A stretch of 64,000 bases of DNA. It comes from Monocercomonoides exilis PA203 (Eukaryota > Protista > Preaxostyla). The stretch lies in the NCBI GenBank assembly GCA_001643675.2, contig LSRY02000036.1, forward strand, positions 620,001 through 684,000, given 5' to 3'. The number at the start of each line of letters is the position of its first letter. The first letter of the stretch is position 1. Made by a program: the position numbers and the translations under genes. Below, piece after piece: positions 59,708 to 64,000 of the stretch. Below the pieces are notes generated by a model, which searched no databases, was not told the DNA's origin, and worked only from the letters and a program-made list of their open reading frames with translations.

Positions 59708-60190
59708 CTTTTTCTGGTTGATTAAATGTTATAATCATTTTGTAAAGCAAATGTATGAAACGTAGTCAATGAATAACATCAAATATTTTTCTATCTCATA
59801 GAAAACAAAAAGAAATATTCACACTTCTTTAAATCTTAATTCCTCACTTGGTTTCCCCCCATATTTATATTTTTTCATTCTTTTTAACAGTTTTAATTAT
59901 TCGGAAAAGAGTTATGCTATTTGTTTTTGAAAATTTTTCGGTAAGTGGGCAGATAACGACCGGAAAAAAAAATCGATTGACATGTTTTTATTTATTTGTG
60001 CAATTTTCAATTAATGCAATTATGATATTTCGAAAGTGATTTTCGTATAACAGTGATTCAAAGCTGAGAAAACCTGTTTTTTTAAATCCAACAGTAATTT
60101 TAATTTTGCTAACTTCACCACCTTAAATAAAAAAACCCTAATCGGTTGATTAAATTAAAAGTTAATAGATGAATTTTGAATAGATTTTTT

Positions 60191-60295
60191 TTATTCAAAT
60201 GAACCAGGCTTATTCAAATGAACTCATGTTTATTCGAATAGATCAAGTTCATTTGAATAAACCGAGTTCATTTGAGATAGACTGAGTTCATTTGA
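60191..60295. repeat. Compound palindrome of 19-20 bp units (core TTATTCAAATGAAC) around a perfect central palindrome TATTCGAATA
   Basis: Forward units at 60191 and 60210. Centre 60231-60240. Reverse-complement units at 60247 (perfect), 60266 and 60286. Confidence 0.85.
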
Positions 60296-60929
60296 GTTAC
60301 GAAAATTAATTCAAAAAACAAATATTTTTTATGTCTATAAAATTGAATGTAAAAACTTTCAAATATTATTTGCATAATAATTATGTAATTTTGGAAATTA
60401 TTTTTGTTGTTTTCGACAAATTCCTTCAAAGATCAAAAGGATCAAAATATTTTAAAAACTAAAAATAATTCTTTGTCACCAATACATAATTTATAACGCA
60501 ACAACATCACATTCTTTGATTGTTAAACCTTTTGTGAATGTAATCCACATGCTTTAACAATTTTAAAAATTGATGAAAAGAAGAATTCCATGAATTATGA
60601 AATGAAAAGAAACATTTAATTTGCGCAAAATAAGTGAATTGAAATTATTCAGATTAATAAAATGGATTGCATCAACACATACATAAACAACTTGTTTTTG
60701 AACTTTAATTGATTCGAAAACATTAAAGGACTTGAAAAAAATTATCGGATAATATTTGAAATTGATATAATTTTTTTAAAAAAGATAAAAAAAACAAATT
60801 AATGAGTCTTCATTATTTCATTGAATAATGAATAAATTTCAACCGCTTTTCTCTTTCTATTTTGACGAGCTTCTCACACAAGCATTTCTTGTTTCATCGT
60901 TGTCTGCCTGTCTGGAACATGCGAAATTC

Positions 60930-63730
60930 TCCTCTGCTCAATCAAGCCATCTGAACAAAAGATCTCATACACAATGCATCGAATGGCAACAGCGTTGACT
61001 TGACAAATGTCTCGATGAGCAATATAGAGCTGATGTTCGGAAGCATTGAAGCTGTGTTGGTGCAGGCTGAGTGGAGAGGCGAGCTACAGATATTGAATGA
61101 AGATGGCAGTACAACAGTGCAACTGAAATGTTGCACGCTCCATTCGCTTCTCCAAAATGCACCATCTGAGCCCTCCATCATCAGCTGCATTGGAAGCGAG
61201 CCTTGTAGCGTGTCTGAACAAAACACATCGATGAAGAACTGTGGAAGCAGCGAAAGCGAGAAAGGTGGAGGAATGATCATGAGCTTGTGCGAAGGAAGCT
61301 TTTTCGAGTTCCGTTTTTCTGCTGTCTCTGGATGTTTCTGCTCAGAAAGTGGAAGAGGAGGAGCGATATTCCTGAATTGCTCGTCAATCGCGAGCGACAG
61401 TCCTTTGCCGTTCCTCTTGGAAAACACAACTTTCATGAACAACAAGGCGCTCACAGGACGAGACCTGTATGTGAGATGCACAAATATCAGATCTCAAATC
61501 AGCATCGAGCTCATCCAGCTCGACTTCAGACCTCCGTTTGTTCGGGATCTTACCATGTGGAGTTGCACCGAAACCAACTATTGCGAAGAGCAAGATCTTC
61601 TGCTGCTTGTAGTTGTGTATCAGAGCGAAACGATATTTGCATCTTTTTCAGTCGACAATGCCTCTGACACGCGCCAGTGTGGGAAAATGAGCGAACCATG
61701 CATTTCGTTGAATGTTGTGCTTCCCCACATAATTCCTTCGGCTTGCAGCAATTTGCTCATCGACAAAAGCGCTGTGGTGTCAGGAGAAGCAAGCACAAGC
61801 GATGTCTCAATCGAGCAGCTGGATGCGGAAGGCGTCAGGGGGAATGTTGTGCTGAACAGCAGCATCGGCAGCAAGACGAAAAACCTCGTTTCGTGCTCAT
61901 CGAGAGTGAAAATGGAATCTCTTTCGTTTTTGTTTGGAAGCGCTTTTTCTTCGACGCATTTGAGGTTGCTGTCGCTTGCTGATGTCAACTTGTTGATTGA
62001 CGATACAAAAAAACTTATGAAGATTCGAGCAGAAACTCTGAAATTGAACTGAATCGCTCAATTGTTGAAGTGAGCGGAAGAAGATTGTTAATGTCTTTCT
62101 TTTGTTTTGCTGGCCTCTGTCTTAGTACTTCATGTCTGGCAGCAAGTTGTGGGCAATATTTCTCGTGTGCATTTCTGAATTTCACAGATGTTAAATCTGG
62201 AGTGCTGATGGTTTTTCACGACTGGCAAAGCTGTCCTTTCAGCAGATGCTTATTTCAAGCTGCAAATTTTATTAATCTGCTCTCATTCTTCACAACTGCA
62301 AAGACTGCCAGCTCCAGAACATTCAGATGAGAGGCACTCGGAGTGGATCAAGCGTGATTGTGCTTTTCTCAGATGGTTCGGGAGGGCATTCAAACATCCA
62401 GGGCAATCATTTGGAATTCGATGATACTCGCGTTTCAAGTGAATCGTTGGTTTTTGTTGAATGCCAAGATTCAGATGTTGAGATGAATTTCTTGGCTGTT
62501 TCAAACACAGTGTTTGTGGATGGGTGCGCAGTAAGCGTGACATCGAATGCTTCGACATTCCATTTGAAGCACTCTTCATTACAAAACATAACCCGAGATT
62601 CGCTTGGCCCGTGCTGTTTGGCTGTCTCATCTTTGTGTTTTTGTTGCTGGAGTTGAAGAAATGCTCGAACAAAATGTGTGCTTCTTCGTATAAAAAATGT
62701 TGCATTGCGGCGTTGACAGATTTGACAGATACTTGCATGTCTTTGTGCGTATTCGACGGAGCAGCAAGCGCGTCAGAGCTGAGAACGAACGACAAGTGAT
62801 CAGAAGAGCTATGCCAGTGGAGCGGATCGATGGTTGATCTTCTCAATTGCTTGGTAGCAATTAAAGACACCACAATAACCAATTTGTCCAAGAGATGACT
62901 GTCGATCTCTGGTGGAAGCATCTCCACACTATTTATATTGTTTGCAAATAACAGCCCGAACGAAGCTGGCCATCTATCCGTAAGGAGTAGCATCGCGTGC
63001 TCTGGCCATGCACTACTGTTCATTCAAAGCCTGAAAGGCGGGGATGGCTTTCTTCAGAACTTCGACGTGAATTGCGGACGATGATTACACCTTCGAAGGC
63101 TTGGCCTGAGAAAGAGAATCAGTGCTTTTCATTCCACAGCTGGCTTCAGTGAAGTCTCGCCTGCAAGGCAGTACCCTAGCCGTTGATCTTACTGGATCCT
63201 TGCTCCTGCCCTGTGGCTTGGCTCTCCAGGTTGACTTATTCGATGGTTCGGTTCACAATCTCCAGTCGTATCCGCTGCGGTCAGAGGAGTTTGCAGGTGA
63301 AACAGAGTTTCACATAGCTATTCCAGCCTCAATTGTTACAACTGCGTATGAGGCAACAGAAGTGTCCGTGAAGATCTTATTTGGACGGACTGAATTTCTA
63401 GCCTCAACTGATTCATTCATTCTGAAAAACAGATGAAAGCATCAATCAAAAGGAGATGAAAGAATTGTTGAAGGAGGAAAGGTTGGAAAATCAATGATAA
63501 CATTTGTTGTTAAAGTTTTATTCGTTGTGATATTATTAATTGTACTTGTTGTTCATACAGCAGCAACTATTTGATGGAGGAGGGCAAAAGAAGAAGCGAA
63601 AAAATGCAAGGAGATTTTTAACGATATCATAAAGAAAAATCCAAAGGAAGTCGAGATGATGATGACTTAGACATCATTTGATGCTCATTGGAGGAGAGAG
63701 GAGAAGAATGCAGTGAAGAAGAATATTGAG
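60930..63730 (+). pseudogene. Truncated, frameshifted pseudogene of the giant beta-helix/pseudokinase receptor family
   Basis: Fragments collinear with the last module and juxtamembrane region of 19611-28634: SEKGGG, GRGGAIFL, LPFLLENTTFMNNKALTGRDLYVRC, DTRQCGKMSEPCISL, CQWSGSMVD, SLKGGDG, LFIPQL, GSLLLPC, TDSFILKNR-stop(63434)-..KGDERIVEGGK, TM, stop-WRRAKEEA. Several stops and frame changes. The pseudokinase part is not recognisable. Confidence 0.85.
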
Positions 63731-64000
63731 AGGCTTTGTGAAATAAATCGATAAATGAAAATAGAATATATCAACTTAACGGAGAAAGTAGTAAAGATGA
63801 AGCTGCTTCAATCTATCGATTCGACTGAGTGCTTCAGAAACATATGCTTTGTTTGTTGAGAATTACTCCGTGAACATCAAAAGAAACAAATTTTTGTTTT
63901 TGATATTTAATTACGTGATGATCACATTTTTTGTTAATGAGAAAAAACAATACAAAAGAATGATAACAAAATGATATATGCATACATTTCTAGCTCTTTT

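Noticed and set aside
60191-60295. CRISPR-like array
   Set aside because: Units are 14 bp with 5-6 bp spacers and switch orientation. No cas genes, and the context is eukaryotic.
1-64000. Alternative genetic code (TAA/TAG read as Gln, as in the oxymonad Streblomastix)
   Set aside because: Conserved genes end at TAA (RPSA, DNAJA after its CaaX box) and the kinase model ends at TAG. The 8-9 kb ORFs are open under the standard code.

Overview
Gene-dense eukaryotic (protist) nuclear DNA with very AT-rich intergenic and intronic sequence, short GT-AG spliceosomal introns and the standard genetic code (TAA, TAG and TGA all end reconstructed genes). The style of the sequence and the giant beta-helix/pseudokinase family suggest a Monocercomonoides-type oxymonad; this is inference, not a database result. 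Splicing by hand gives 15 protein genes: a 5' part of an NTF2-domain gene missed by the ORF track, F-box/LRR, TLC-like membrane protein, TM + J-like protein, a 9-exon CENP-I/Mis6 homologue, NEK-type kinase, GCN5, two tandem intronless 8-9 kb surface-receptor genes, DUF1295, DNAJA, NAT10/Kre33, a putatively acylated helical protein, a MacB/FtsX-type double permease and RPSA. A pseudogene of the receptor family lies near the right end. Most notable: (1) the two receptors have divergent modular ectodomains but share a ~1.4 kb near-identical TM/cytoplasmic pseudokinase cassette, which looks like a diversifying variable-surface-receptor system; (2) an expanded CENP-I with RG/AT-hook-like inserts, head-to-head with a NEK kinase; (3) candidate introns just downstream of stop codons in five genes; (4) a eukaryotic type VII ABC permease; (5) a compound palindrome of 19-20 bp repeat units. 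All exon boundaries were read by eye and need RNA-seq confirmation.
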